From assembly GCA_020850735.1 (NCBI GenBank), contig JADZEE010000052.1, forward strand, positions 21,411 to 85,410: 64,000 nucleotides of DNA. The letters run 5' to 3'. Each line of letters opens with the position of its first letter. Positions within the stretch are counted from its first letter, which is position 1. The position numbers and the translations under genes are program-made. The notes under the pieces are model-generated. The model was given only the letters and a program-made list of their open reading frames with translations, did not search any database and had not been told where the DNA came from. This stretch comes from Gammaproteobacteria bacterium. GTDB taxonomy: Bacteria; Pseudomonadota; Gammaproteobacteria; JADZEE01. Below are positions 55,406-64,000 of the stretch, one piece after another.

Positions 55406-58263
55406 GCGGGCGACAGCGGCACCACGGCCGGCGCGGGCGCCGGCTGCGCCGCGCGGTGGCGGCCGAGCAGCACATAGACCGCGGGTGTCAGCACCAGCGA
55501 CAGGATGATGGACAGCCCGACACCCCCGGCGATGATCACCGCGAGCGGCGGCCAGAAGTCGCCGCTCGAGAACGCGATCAGCGGTACGAAGCCCGCGACC
55601 GTCGTCAGCGTGGTCGCGATGATGTGGCGGCTGCTGCGCAGCGTCGCAGCGGCCACGGCGTCGCGCCGGCCGACGCGCGCCAGCGGATCGGCGCGGATCG
55701 CCGCGAGCACCACGATGGTGCCGTTGATGGCGACGCCGACCAGGCCCGCGCTGCCGATGATCGGGTTGAAACCGAGGGCAAAGCCGCCCAGCCACAAGGA
55801 CAACAGCCCGTGACCGAGTGACAACACGGCCACCAGGCCGATCAGCGCCGCCAGGGCGAAACTGCGAAACGACAGCACCACGGTGGCGAGCATCAGCGTG
55901 ATCAGCACCGGCAGCCAGGTCGCGAGCTGGCGCAGCGCGCGCTGTTGTTCCTCGGAATCGCCGGCGGGCTCCATGCGGTAGCCGGCGGGCAGCTCGAATC
56001 CGGTCGCGGCCAGGCGCGCCGAGACCGCGCGACCGATCTCGATCGGCAGCGCGCCCTGACGGGTCCAGGCCTCGACCGTGTTCACACGCAGGCCGTTGCG
56101 GCGCGTAATGCTGGCGATGCCCGGTCTGAGCTCGAGCGCACCGAGCGCGGCGGCCGGCACCCAGCCGCTGCCGGTCGCGAGGCTCAGGCCGGCGATCCGG
56201 TCCGGGTTCGATCGCTCGGCGTCACCGAAACGCACGCGCACGGGCAATTCCTCGGTGTCTTCGATCACCGAGCCGCCCGGCAGACCCTCGAGCGCGCTCT
56301 GGAGCTGGCCGGTGACGTCGCGCAGGCTGAAACCGGCCAGCCCCGCTTCGGCCTCGTCGGCGGCCAGCCACAGGCGCGGCTCGCCGCCGACCATGCTGGC
56401 ACGGGTGTGGGTGATGGCCGGGATCTCGTGCATCACCCGGCGCACGCTCTCGCCCAGCACCCGCAGGATCGCCGGATCGTGGCCGTAGATGCGAAAACCC
56501 ACCGGCGCACTGACCGGCGGCCCCTGCCCGAAAGACTTGACGACGATACGCGCGTCGCGCAGGCGCCCGTCCAGCTCCTGCTGCAACGCCGGAATGAGCA
56601 CCTGCGCCAGCGCAGCGTCTTCGACCCGCACCACGCCGCGCGCGTAGGCGGGACTGCCGTCCTGGTCCTCGAGCTGGTTGTAATACACCGGTGGCGAGCT
56701 GGCGCCCGCGACCCAGGTCGTGCCGAGCACCCCGGCGTGGCCGCGGATCACGGCATCGATCGCCACCACCGTGCGCGCGGTTGCCGCGACCGCGGTGTCG
56801 GTCGGCAGCCAGACCTGGATCTCGAACTGATCTCGATCGGCGGGCGGAAAGAACTGACTCGGCAGCGTCGCCGCGGCCAGAAAGCCGGCCAGCGGCAGCA
56901 CCAGGGACGCCGCGATCGCAGCGCGCGGATGGCCCACGATCCACGCGAGTCCGCGCCGGTACGCGCCGCCGAGGCGTGCACTCGAAAACCCGTGGCGCCA
57001 CAGCGAGCGGCCTCCGCCGCCCGGGCCGATCCGGGCCGCCAGCGCCGGGATCACCGTCATCGACAGCACGAACGAGACGCTGAGCGCGAGGATGACGCTG
57101 AGCGCGATCGGTCTGACGAAATCGCCGATATTGCCCGGCAGCAGCAGGATCGGCATAAAACCCAGCACCGTGGTGAAGGTGGAGGCGAACAGGGGCACGC
57201 CGAGGTGCGCCACCGCGCCGGCGACGGCCGCACGGGGCGCCGCGCCCGCGCGCAGGCGTTCACGCAGCTCATCGGTCATGACGATGGCGTTGTCGATCAG
57301 CAGCCCGACCGCGACGATGAGCCCGAATACGGACATCTGGTGAATGGATTCGCCGAGCACGCCGAGGCTGAACACCGTCGCCGCCGCGCTCAACGGCAAG
57401 GCCGTGCCGACCACCAGCGCCGAGCGCCAGCCCATGGCGACCAGCACCACGCACATCACCACCAGCGCGCCGAGCAGCAGGTTACGACCCAGCCCGGCGA
57501 GCCGGCGCTCGGTGTACTGGTTCTGCTCGAACACGACGTCGACGCCGACGCCGCCACCGATGTCGCGGCGAAACTCGTCCACCACCGCCCGCGCCGCGCG
57601 GGTCCACGCGTCCAGGCGCACGTCCTGGGTCGGGCGCGTGGCCACCAGCACCGAGCGCCGCGCATCGGCGAGCGCGATCGTGGCCGGCGGTTCCCGCCAG
57701 TTCCTGGCGACGGTGGCGATGTCGCCCAGCCGGACCAGTCCGCCCTGCCGATCACGGGCTACGGGCACCCGCGCGATCCGGGCCGCGGAGTCCAGCTCGC
57801 CCGCCACCTCGACGAGCAGATCGCGCTGCGGGGCGCGCAACATGCCGGCGGCGGTCCTGGCGTCGGCCGCCGCGATGCGCTGCGCGAGGTCCGCGGCCGA
57901 CAGGCCGAGCGCGGCGCTCTCGCGCGGATCGAGGGTCACGGTCAGCTCTTCCTCGGGCGCGCCGAAGCGGCGCACGATCTCGGTGCCGGACACGTTGCGC
58001 AGGCGGTCCGCGAGCTCGCGCAGGCGATCCTCGATCTTGTCGGTGACCAGGGTTTCCACCCGCAGCGCCGGGGCACCGGGCAGCGTCGTGACGATGAGCG
58101 CGTTGCGGGTGGTGATGCGCGGATCCTCAATGCGCGGCAGGCCGACCAGCGCGGACACCCCGCCGATGACGACGGTGAGCACCACCAGCGCGAGCAGATG
58201 CCCGTTGTCGTGAAAGCGCGCCGCCAAGCGCACGATCGGTCCCTCGTGCTCACTTGTCGACAT
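55402..58263 (-). CDS. RND efflux transporter permease (AcrB/AcrD/AcrF family), unusually short first periplasmic loop
   Basis: Start at ATG 58263. Twelve-TM RND pattern with GLLIDNAIVM in TM4. 953 aa in total. Confidence 0.9.
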   Translation of the reverse strand: MSTSEHEGPIVRLAARFHDNGHLLALVVLTVVIGGVSALVGLPRIEDPRITTRNALIVTTLPGAPALRVETLVTDKIEDRLRELADRLRNVSGTEIVRRFGAPEEELTVTLDPRESAALGLSAADLAQRIAAADARTAAGMLRAPQRDLLVEVAGELDSAARIARVPVARDRQGGLVRLGDIATVARNWREPPATIALADARRSVLVATRPTQDVRLDAWTRAARAVVDEFRRDIGGGVGVDVVFEQNQYTERRLAGLGRNLLLGALVVMCVVLVAMGWRSALVVGTALPLSAAATVFSLGVLGESIHQMSVFGLIVAVGLLIDNAIVMTDELRERLRAGAAPRAAVAGAVAHLGVPLFASTFTTVLGFMPILLLPGNIGDFVRPIALSVILALSVSFVLSMTVIPALAARIGPGGGGRSLWRHGFSSARLGGAYRRGLAWIVGHPRAAIAASLVLPLAGFLAAATLPSQFFPPADRDQFEIQVWLPTDTAVAATARTVVAIDAVIRGHAGVLGTTWVAGASSPPVYYNQLEDQDGSPAYARGVVRVEDAALAQVLIPALQQELDGRLRDARIVVKSFGQGPPVSAPVGFRIYGHDPAILRVLGESVRRVMHEIPAITHTRASMVGGEPRLWLAADEAEAGLAGFSLRDVTGQLQSALEGLPGGSVIEDTEELPVRVRFGDAERSNPDRIAGLSLATGSGWVPAAALGALELRPGIASITRRNGLRVNTVEAWTRQGALPIEIGRAVSARLAATGFELPAGYRMEPAGDSEEQQRALRQLATWLPVLITLMLATVVLSFRSFALAALIGLVAVLSLGHGLLSLWLGGFALGFNPIIGSAGLVGVAINGTIVVLAAIRADPLARVGRRDAVAAATLRSSRHIIATTLTTVAGFVPLIAFSSGDFWPPLAVIIAGGVGLSIILSLVLTPAVYVLLGRHRAAQPAPAPAVVPLSPA

Positions 58264-59422
58264 AGCGATCCTGCGGCGCGGCCGTCGTGACATCGTGCAC
58301 GCGCACCTGCTGACCGGGCACGATCCGGTGCCCGCCGCTCGCCACCACCCGATCGCCGGCTTGCAGGGTTCCACGCACGTAGGCCTGCGCGGCGGACTGG
58401 TACACAACCTCGACCAGACGCCGCTCGACACGCGTCGTGTCCGGTCCGTCCTGCCGGCCGGCCACCAGCACGGCCCACAGGCCGCGCGGATCCTCGGTCA
58501 GCGCGCCGAGCGGCAGCCAGAAACCCGCGCCTTCCAAGGTGAGTGCGATATCGACGCGGACCGTGTCGCCCGGTCGCAGCGGTGCTGACGGCGCGATCGG
58601 ATCGAGCAGCAGATCCAGGGTGCGGGTGCCGGGATCGCGCACCGGCAACACCGCGCGCACGCGCGCCTCGACCCGCTGCATGCCGATCGACACGGCAACG
58701 ACGGCACCCGGCTGCACGCGCCCGGCCGACTCGCCCGCGACCGGCACGCGGATCTCCACCGGGGCGTCCTCGACGAGATCCAGCAGCGGGTGACCGGCGG
58801 CCACCACCTCGCCCTCGTCGACCAGCCGCGCCGTCACGACCGCGGCGAATGGCGCGACGATCCGCCCCTTGGCGAGATCCACATCCACGCTGTCGATGCG
58901 TGCCTGCGCGAGATGTTCGGCCGCCTCCAGCGCCGCCACCCGCTGCCCGGCTTCGTCGGCTTCCTGCTCCGAGGCACCTTTGAACGACAGCGCGTCGGCG
59001 ACGCGCTCACGCGTGCGGCGCGCGAGCGCCAGATCGGCACGGGTGTGCGCGAGCGCCGCCGCCAGCTCGCGCCGGCGCGCCTGCAGGCGCGCGGTGTCGA
59101 TCCGGGCGAGGACGTCACCCGCGCCGACGCGATCGCCTTCGTCGACATGGATCACCTCGACCCGGCCGCCGATCTCGAAGCCCACGCGCGCGCGGCGCGC
59201 GGCCTCGACGCGACCGACGAACGAGCGGCTCACCTCATAGGCGGTCGCGGCCCGCGCGATCCAGGTGCTGACCGCCAGCGGCTCGGCTGCTGCGCCCGGG
59301 CGCGGATCGGGCGCCGCCGCGCGCGTGAGCACGGCGAGCGCCATCGTCGCGACGAGCAGCAGCCCGAGCAGCAGTCGCGCAAGGACGCCACCGCGGCCGC
59401 GCAGATCGAACGGGCTGTGCAT
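58250..59422 (-). CDS. RND efflux periplasmic adaptor (membrane fusion protein)
   Basis: Start at ATG 59422. N-terminal TM, a coiled-coil hairpin region (LQARRRELAAALAHTRADLALARR...) and a beta-barrel C-terminus. Confidence 0.9.
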   Translation of the reverse strand: MHSPFDLRGRGGVLARLLLGLLLVATMALAVLTRAAAPDPRPGAAAEPLAVSTWIARAATAYEVSRSFVGRVEAARRARVGFEIGGRVEVIHVDEGDRVGAGDVLARIDTARLQARRRELAAALAHTRADLALARRTRERVADALSFKGASEQEADEAGQRVAALEAAEHLAQARIDSVDVDLAKGRIVAPFAAVVTARLVDEGEVVAAGHPLLDLVEDAPVEIRVPVAGESAGRVQPGAVVAVSIGMQRVEARVRAVLPVRDPGTRTLDLLLDPIAPSAPLRPGDTVRVDIALTLEGAGFWLPLGALTEDPRGLWAVLVAGRQDGPDTTRVERRLVEVVYQSAAQAYVRGTLQAGDRVVASGGHRIVPGQQVRVHDVTTAAPQDRYVDK

Positions 59423-59460
59423 GGGTCGATGTCCTCGGCTTGGTTCGCGCGCGGCGGCTG

Positions 59461-59514
59461 TTGTAGACTGGACCGTACGGTTTGATATTAGCCGGCACAA
59501 AACGGGACTGTCTA
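59461..59514. promoter_or_regulatory. divergent efflux/TetR control region: candidate promoter TTGTAG-N17-GATATT with palindrome ACCGTACGGT in the spacer
   Basis: Perfect 10-bp palindrome at 59472-59481. Flanking inverted repeat TAGACTG (59464-59470) / CTGTCTA (59508-59514). Confidence 0.4.
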
Positions 59515-59516
59515 GT

Positions 59517-60681
<1,165 letters not shown>

Positions 60682-60703
60682 TTGCAGTGGTGGTCCGTGG
60701 CTC

Positions 60704-61615
60704 TCATTCCTTGTACACGCGCTCATTGTGCCAGACGAGAAACGCGCGCGAAGGGTGCTCGGTGTCGCGATCCGGCAGGTTCGCGAGCGCGGCACCGTGA
60801 AAGCGGTAGTACTCGCGACCGTTCTCGAACTCCTCGCGCACGCGGCGGCTGACGACGAAGCGCAGATCCGGATCGACAGTGACATAGCCGTCGTCGAACA
60901 GGCGATGGATATCGGCACGCAGCAGCAGGCCGTTGTCGATGCGGTTGGGGCCTGCTTCGGCATGGGCGCGGATATGCGCGGCTTCTAGCGCCGGCAGGGT
61001 CTTCTCGCCGGTCACGGCGCAGCGGCGGTGGTAGGCGTCGGTGACCAGGATGCGGAACGTGCCCTGCCCCAGCCGGGCACGGGCGAGGAACTCGGCGCCG
61101 AAGCGCGGCGCCTCGACCGTCTCGGCGCTGCGCGCATCGATGTGCTGCAGCTTGCGCAGCACGGCGTTCCACAAGCCCGCGCCGTGGGTGTCGGCGGTGT
61201 CGTAGGTGAGGCCACGCTGGATGTTTGCCGACCAGTTGCGCGGGCAGGGGATCCAGTCCGCCCGGTCGAAGAAAAACGGCTCGCTAAGGAGATTGCAGCC
61301 GATGACGGTACCGGCGGTCTGCGCAGCGTGGCGGTAACGCGCGGTACGCTCGATCAACCCGGCGAGGGAGAGTACGCCGTTGTTCTCGCGGAACGCTTCC
61401 CAGGCGAGAAAGCACGGCAAGGCGGTGAAGCGGACGAAGTAACCGCCGCCGACGATGTAGTCGTCCGGACTATGCAGCTTGAACAGGAACGGCCAGCCCG
61501 CCTCCATGCGTCGCGGCGCGCGCTGGCTCGGCTGCCAGAAGTTGACCTCCTGCGGCCGGCGCGCGGCCAGGAAACGGAACCACTCGCCGTCCGTGATGCC
61601 GACCCAGAATTGCAC
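60704..61615 (-). CDS. HNH endonuclease (HNH_2/COG3440-like predicted restriction endonuclease) with uncharacterised N-terminal domain
   Basis: The GTG at 61615 has AGGGGA upstream. C-terminal HNH core is HRRCAVTGEKTLPALEAAHIRAH...NGLLLRADIHRLFDDGYVTVD. N-terminus is MQFWVGITDGEWFRFL...EVNFWQPS...PFLFKLH...IVGGGYF. Confidence 0.85.
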   Translation of the reverse strand: MQFWVGITDGEWFRFLAARRPQEVNFWQPSQRAPRRMEAGWPFLFKLHSPDDYIVGGGYFVRFTALPCFLAWEAFRENNGVLSLAGLIERTARYRHAAQTAGTVIGCNLLSEPFFFDRADWIPCPRNWSANIQRGLTYDTADTHGAGLWNAVLRKLQHIDARSAETVEAPRFGAEFLARARLGQGTFRILVTDAYHRRCAVTGEKTLPALEAAHIRAHAEAGPNRIDNGLLLRADIHRLFDDGYVTVDPDLRFVVSRRVREEFENGREYYRFHGAALANLPDRDTEHPSRAFLVWHNERVYKE

Positions 61616-61630
61616 GGTTTTTCCCCTGTC

Positions 61631-61778
61631 GCGGGGGTCATCGCGGGGGTCAGGTCTTCAGTCTTCAATACGGCAAGTAGCGGTGGCTACGGGTCGCAGC
61701 ACGGAACTGAAGACTGAAGACTTGACCCCTTGTCTGACCCCTTGTCTGCATGGAATTGAAGACTGAAGACCTGACCCC
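61631..61778. repeat. long-hairpin element, copy upstream of the HNH gene (right arm duplicated)
   Basis: Tandem CGCGGGGGTCA x2, left arm at 61645-61669, a homologous loop, then two right arms (61706-61729 imperfect, 61755-61778 perfect) and tandem GACCCCTTGTCT x2. Confidence 0.9.
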
Positions 61779-61863
61779 TTATCTTCTTCACGCCTAGTTA
61801 TAGCGCAGCACGTTGGCAGCGTCATTCAGGAAAACCCTGAGGCGCGGGGCCGGCAAGCCACCC

Positions 61864-63153
61864 TCACCAGCCGAGCAGGTCGCGCAGCCGGTACCAGCTC
61901 ATCGCCAGGGTCAGCAGCGCGCCGGCGACGCGCGGGCCGCCGGGCAGGCGGCGGTGGGCAATGCGCGCGAAGACGTCGAAGCGTCCGGCGTCGCCGGCGA
62001 TCACCTCGGCGAGCAGGCGCCCGGCAAGGTGGCTGGGAACGACGCCGTGGCCGCTGTAGCCCTGCGCGTAATACATGTTGCCGTCGATGCGGCCGAGCTG
62101 GGGAATGCGGTTCAGGCTCACCGCGACCTTGCCGCCCCACGCGAAATCGATGCGCGCCCCGGCAAGCTGGGGAAAGACCCGGACCATGCGCGGCACGAGC
62201 GCGGCGGCGATGTTGCGCGGCTCGCGGCCGGTGAAGTTGCAGCGGCCACCGAACAGCAGGCGCCGATCGGCCGAGAGGCGGTAGTAGTCGAGCAGCGTGT
62301 TGCCGTCGCTGACCGCCGCAGCCGTCGGCAGCAGCCCCGCGGCACGGGCCCGCGACAGCGGCTCGGTGGCGACGATGAAACTGCCGGCCGCCAGCACCAG
62401 GCCGCGCAGCTCGGGCACCAGCCCGTCGAGGTAGGCGTTGCCGGCGACGACCAGGGCCGCGGCGCTCACCTGCCCCTGCGCGGTGTGGATGCACAGACGC
62501 GGGCCGCGATCGATGCGCGTGACCGCCGCGTGCTCGTGGATGCGCACGCCCAGGCTCGCCGCCGCCCGTGCTTCACCCCGGCACAGGTTCAGGGGATGCA
62601 GGTGACCGTCACCGTCGTCGACGAGGCCACCGGCATACAGGTCCGAGCCGATGACCTCGTGCAGCGCGTCGCCTGCCAGCAACCGGAACGGATGCGGGTA
62701 GCCGCGGGCCGCGCGTGCGGCCGCCTCGGCGCGCAACGCCTCGAGCTGGCGGCGGTTCAGGGCCGCCGCCACGTAACCCGGGCGATAGTCGCAGGCGATC
62801 CGGAAGTGTTCGATCCGCTCCAGGAGGATGGCGCGGCCTTCCAGGCCCAGCTGCCAGGCGCTGTGCGCAGCGGCCGGGCCCAGCCGGACGGCGACACGGG
62901 CGTCGTCGGCGAAGCCGCCGATCGCCTGGCCGCCGTTGCGGCCGCTCGCGCCCCAGCCGATCCGCCGGGCTTCCAGCAGGACCACGTCGTAGCCGCGCTG
63001 CGCGAGTTCGATGGCGGCATTCAGCCCCGTATAACCGCCGCCCAGGACACACACGTCCGCCGCCACCGCCCCGGCCAGGGGCGGGTAGACGGTCGCATCG
63101 TTTACGGTGGCGCTGTAGTAGGAGGCGACGGGGTCGGCGCTGTCCGGGTGCAT
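61864..63153 (-). CDS. FAD-dependent oxidoreductase (DAO family, gamma-glutamylputrescine oxidase PuuB-like)
   Basis: DVCVLGGGYTGLNAAIELAQRGYDVVLLE (FAD fingerprint) and GASGRNGG. About 429 aa. Confidence 0.85.
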   Translation of the reverse strand: MHPDSADPVASYYSATVNDATVYPPLAGAVAADVCVLGGGYTGLNAAIELAQRGYDVVLLEARRIGWGASGRNGGQAIGGFADDARVAVRLGPAAAHSAWQLGLEGRAILLERIEHFRIACDYRPGYVAAALNRRQLEALRAEAAARAARGYPHPFRLLAGDALHEVIGSDLYAGGLVDDGDGHLHPLNLCRGEARAAASLGVRIHEHAAVTRIDRGPRLCIHTAQGQVSAAALVVAGNAYLDGLVPELRGLVLAAGSFIVATEPLSRARAAGLLPTAAAVSDGNTLLDYYRLSADRRLLFGGRCNFTGREPRNIAAALVPRMVRVFPQLAGARIDFAWGGKVAVSLNRIPQLGRIDGNMYYAQGYSGHGVVPSHLAGRLLAEVIAGDAGRFDVFARIAHRRLPGGPRVAGALLTLAMSWYRLRDLLGW

Positions 63154-63167
63154 GGTGAACCGTATCT

Positions 63168-63185
63168 TGATTGAACATTCAATCA
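63168..63185. promoter_or_regulatory. candidate operator TGATTGAA-CA-TTCAATCA in an AT-rich divergent promoter region
   Basis: Perfect 8-bp inverted repeat 15 nt upstream of the oxidase start. Followed by TTGAAT-N18-TAATAT, a possible promoter for the plus-strand TetR-like gene. Confidence 0.4.
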
Positions 63186-63257
63186 GTTATGTCGCTGTTG
63201 AATGAAATACTCATGTAATTGTAATATAAGCGTAATTTCGTTCAGCAGATAGCTCGC

Positions 63258-64000
63258 ATGGCAACCCCGACGGCCGAGCTGGGACCGGCCTTGCAATCCG
63301 AGCGCAAGCGTGTGCTCATCGACGCGACCATGACGGCCATTGCCGCGCACGGCCTGTCCGGCCTGACCCTGGCCAAGGTCGGCGCCTCGGCCGGCATCAC
63401 GGCCGGCTCGGTGAGCTTCCACTTCGCCAGCAAGGAGGCGCTGCTGCTCGCCACCCTGCGCTACGTCGGCGAGGAATTCGAGGCCGCCGTGCAGCGCGCA
63501 CAGCAGCAGGCCGGCGCGGACCCGGCCGCGCGGCTCGCCGCGGTGCTCGAGGTCAGCCTCGAACCCGCGCTGACCGAGCCGCGCAAGATCGCGGTGTGGT
63601 ACGCCTTCATGGCCGAGACGCGCGCGCGCGCGGACTACCAGCAGATCTGCGGTGAGCGGGACACGCGCTACAGCGAGATCGTGCAGACATTGTGCACCGA
63701 GCTCATCGGCGCCGCCGGGCGCCACGATCAGCTCGACACCGACGCCATTGCCTTCGCCCTGGTCGGCTTCATCGACGAGCTGTGGCAGGAAATCCTGTTC
63801 CAGGGTGAGCGCTGGGATCGCAAGACGGCGCTGCGCCGCTGCCGCGCCTTTCTCGCCAGCGTGTTCCCCTGGTGTTATGACATGCCCGGGCGCACGCGGG
63901 CCAGCTCCGCGCCGGCACCGATCGCCACGCCGGCACTGGCGCCGATCGAGCAGGACGGGCTGCGCTACACGCTGCCCGCGTGGATCTACGATCACGCCGA
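63258..64000 (+). CDS. TetR-family regulator-like protein, open to the window edge (3' end not seen)
   Basis: This ORF is not in the ORF track because no stop is reached. Starts at ATG 63258. HTH is LTLAKVGASAGITAGSVSFHFASKEALL. The frame stays open for at least 247 codons. The minus-strand ORF 63183..63995 is its antisense shadow. Confidence 0.8.
   Translation, partial: MATPTAELGPALQSERKRVLIDATMTAIAAHGLSGLTLAKVGASAGITAGSVSFHFASKEALLLATLRYVGEEFEAAVQRAQQQAGADPAARLAAVLEVSLEPALTEPRKIAVWYAFMAETRARADYQQICGERDTRYSEIVQTLCTELIGAAGRHDQLDTDAIAFALVGFIDELWQEILFQGERWDRKTALRRCRAFLASVFPWCYDMPGRTRASSAPAPIATPALAPIEQDGLRYTLPAWIYDHA

Overview
This is a 64-kb chromosomal segment from a high-G+C Gram-negative proteobacterium (roughly two-thirds G+C by eye). 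The host type is inferred from TonB-dependent receptors, an RND/NodT efflux operon, and Tat and lipoprotein signals. I call about 57 protein-coding genes. They include PBP4 (5'-partial), a nitrilase-superfamily hydrolase with a GAF-LuxR regulator, Lon with a small acidic ORF upstream, an acyl-CoA synthetase and an amidase. A copper-protein cluster (SCO1, Tat-exported NirK-like two-domain multicopper oxidase, cupredoxin/beta-helix lipoprotein) is interleaved with two paralogous sphingosine-1-phosphate-lyase-like PLP enzymes. There are also three TonB-dependent receptors, a two-subunit GMC dehydrogenase, a kinase/acyl-CoA-dehydrogenase pair, LysR plus a NodIJ-like ABC exporter, a beta-oxidation cluster, DadA-like and glutamine-synthetase-like enzymes, MetY, a b-haem/tetrahaem-c3/cupin module, a TetR-controlled RND efflux operon, and a small accessory islet (IS21 istB remnant plus a hairpin-flanked HNH nuclease). 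I saw no rRNA, tRNA, cas gene or intact transposase. The intergenic DNA is unusually structured. It holds a ~185-bp MITE-like element (3 copies), a composite REP family with 11-12-nt VNTRs and a CRISPR-looking 72-75-bp tandem array, a long-hairpin family starting GGGGTCAG, and a fourth REP cluster. The best candidates for something undescribed are these three. (1) A TetR gene flanked by two near-identical 38-bp operators that appear to tie the copper/PLP operon to a TonB-receptor/PLP/SDR operon. (2) The membrane di-haem-b plus anchored tetrahaem c3 plus periplasmic cupin module, which sits next to a decayed molybdoenzyme gene. (3) The HNH nuclease gene packed between two copies of a 25-bp-stem hairpin element beside an IS21 remnant. 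All functional calls rest on motif recognition by eye; no database search was possible. Many ORF-track starts are over-extended in this GC-rich DNA and were trimmed to plausible starts.
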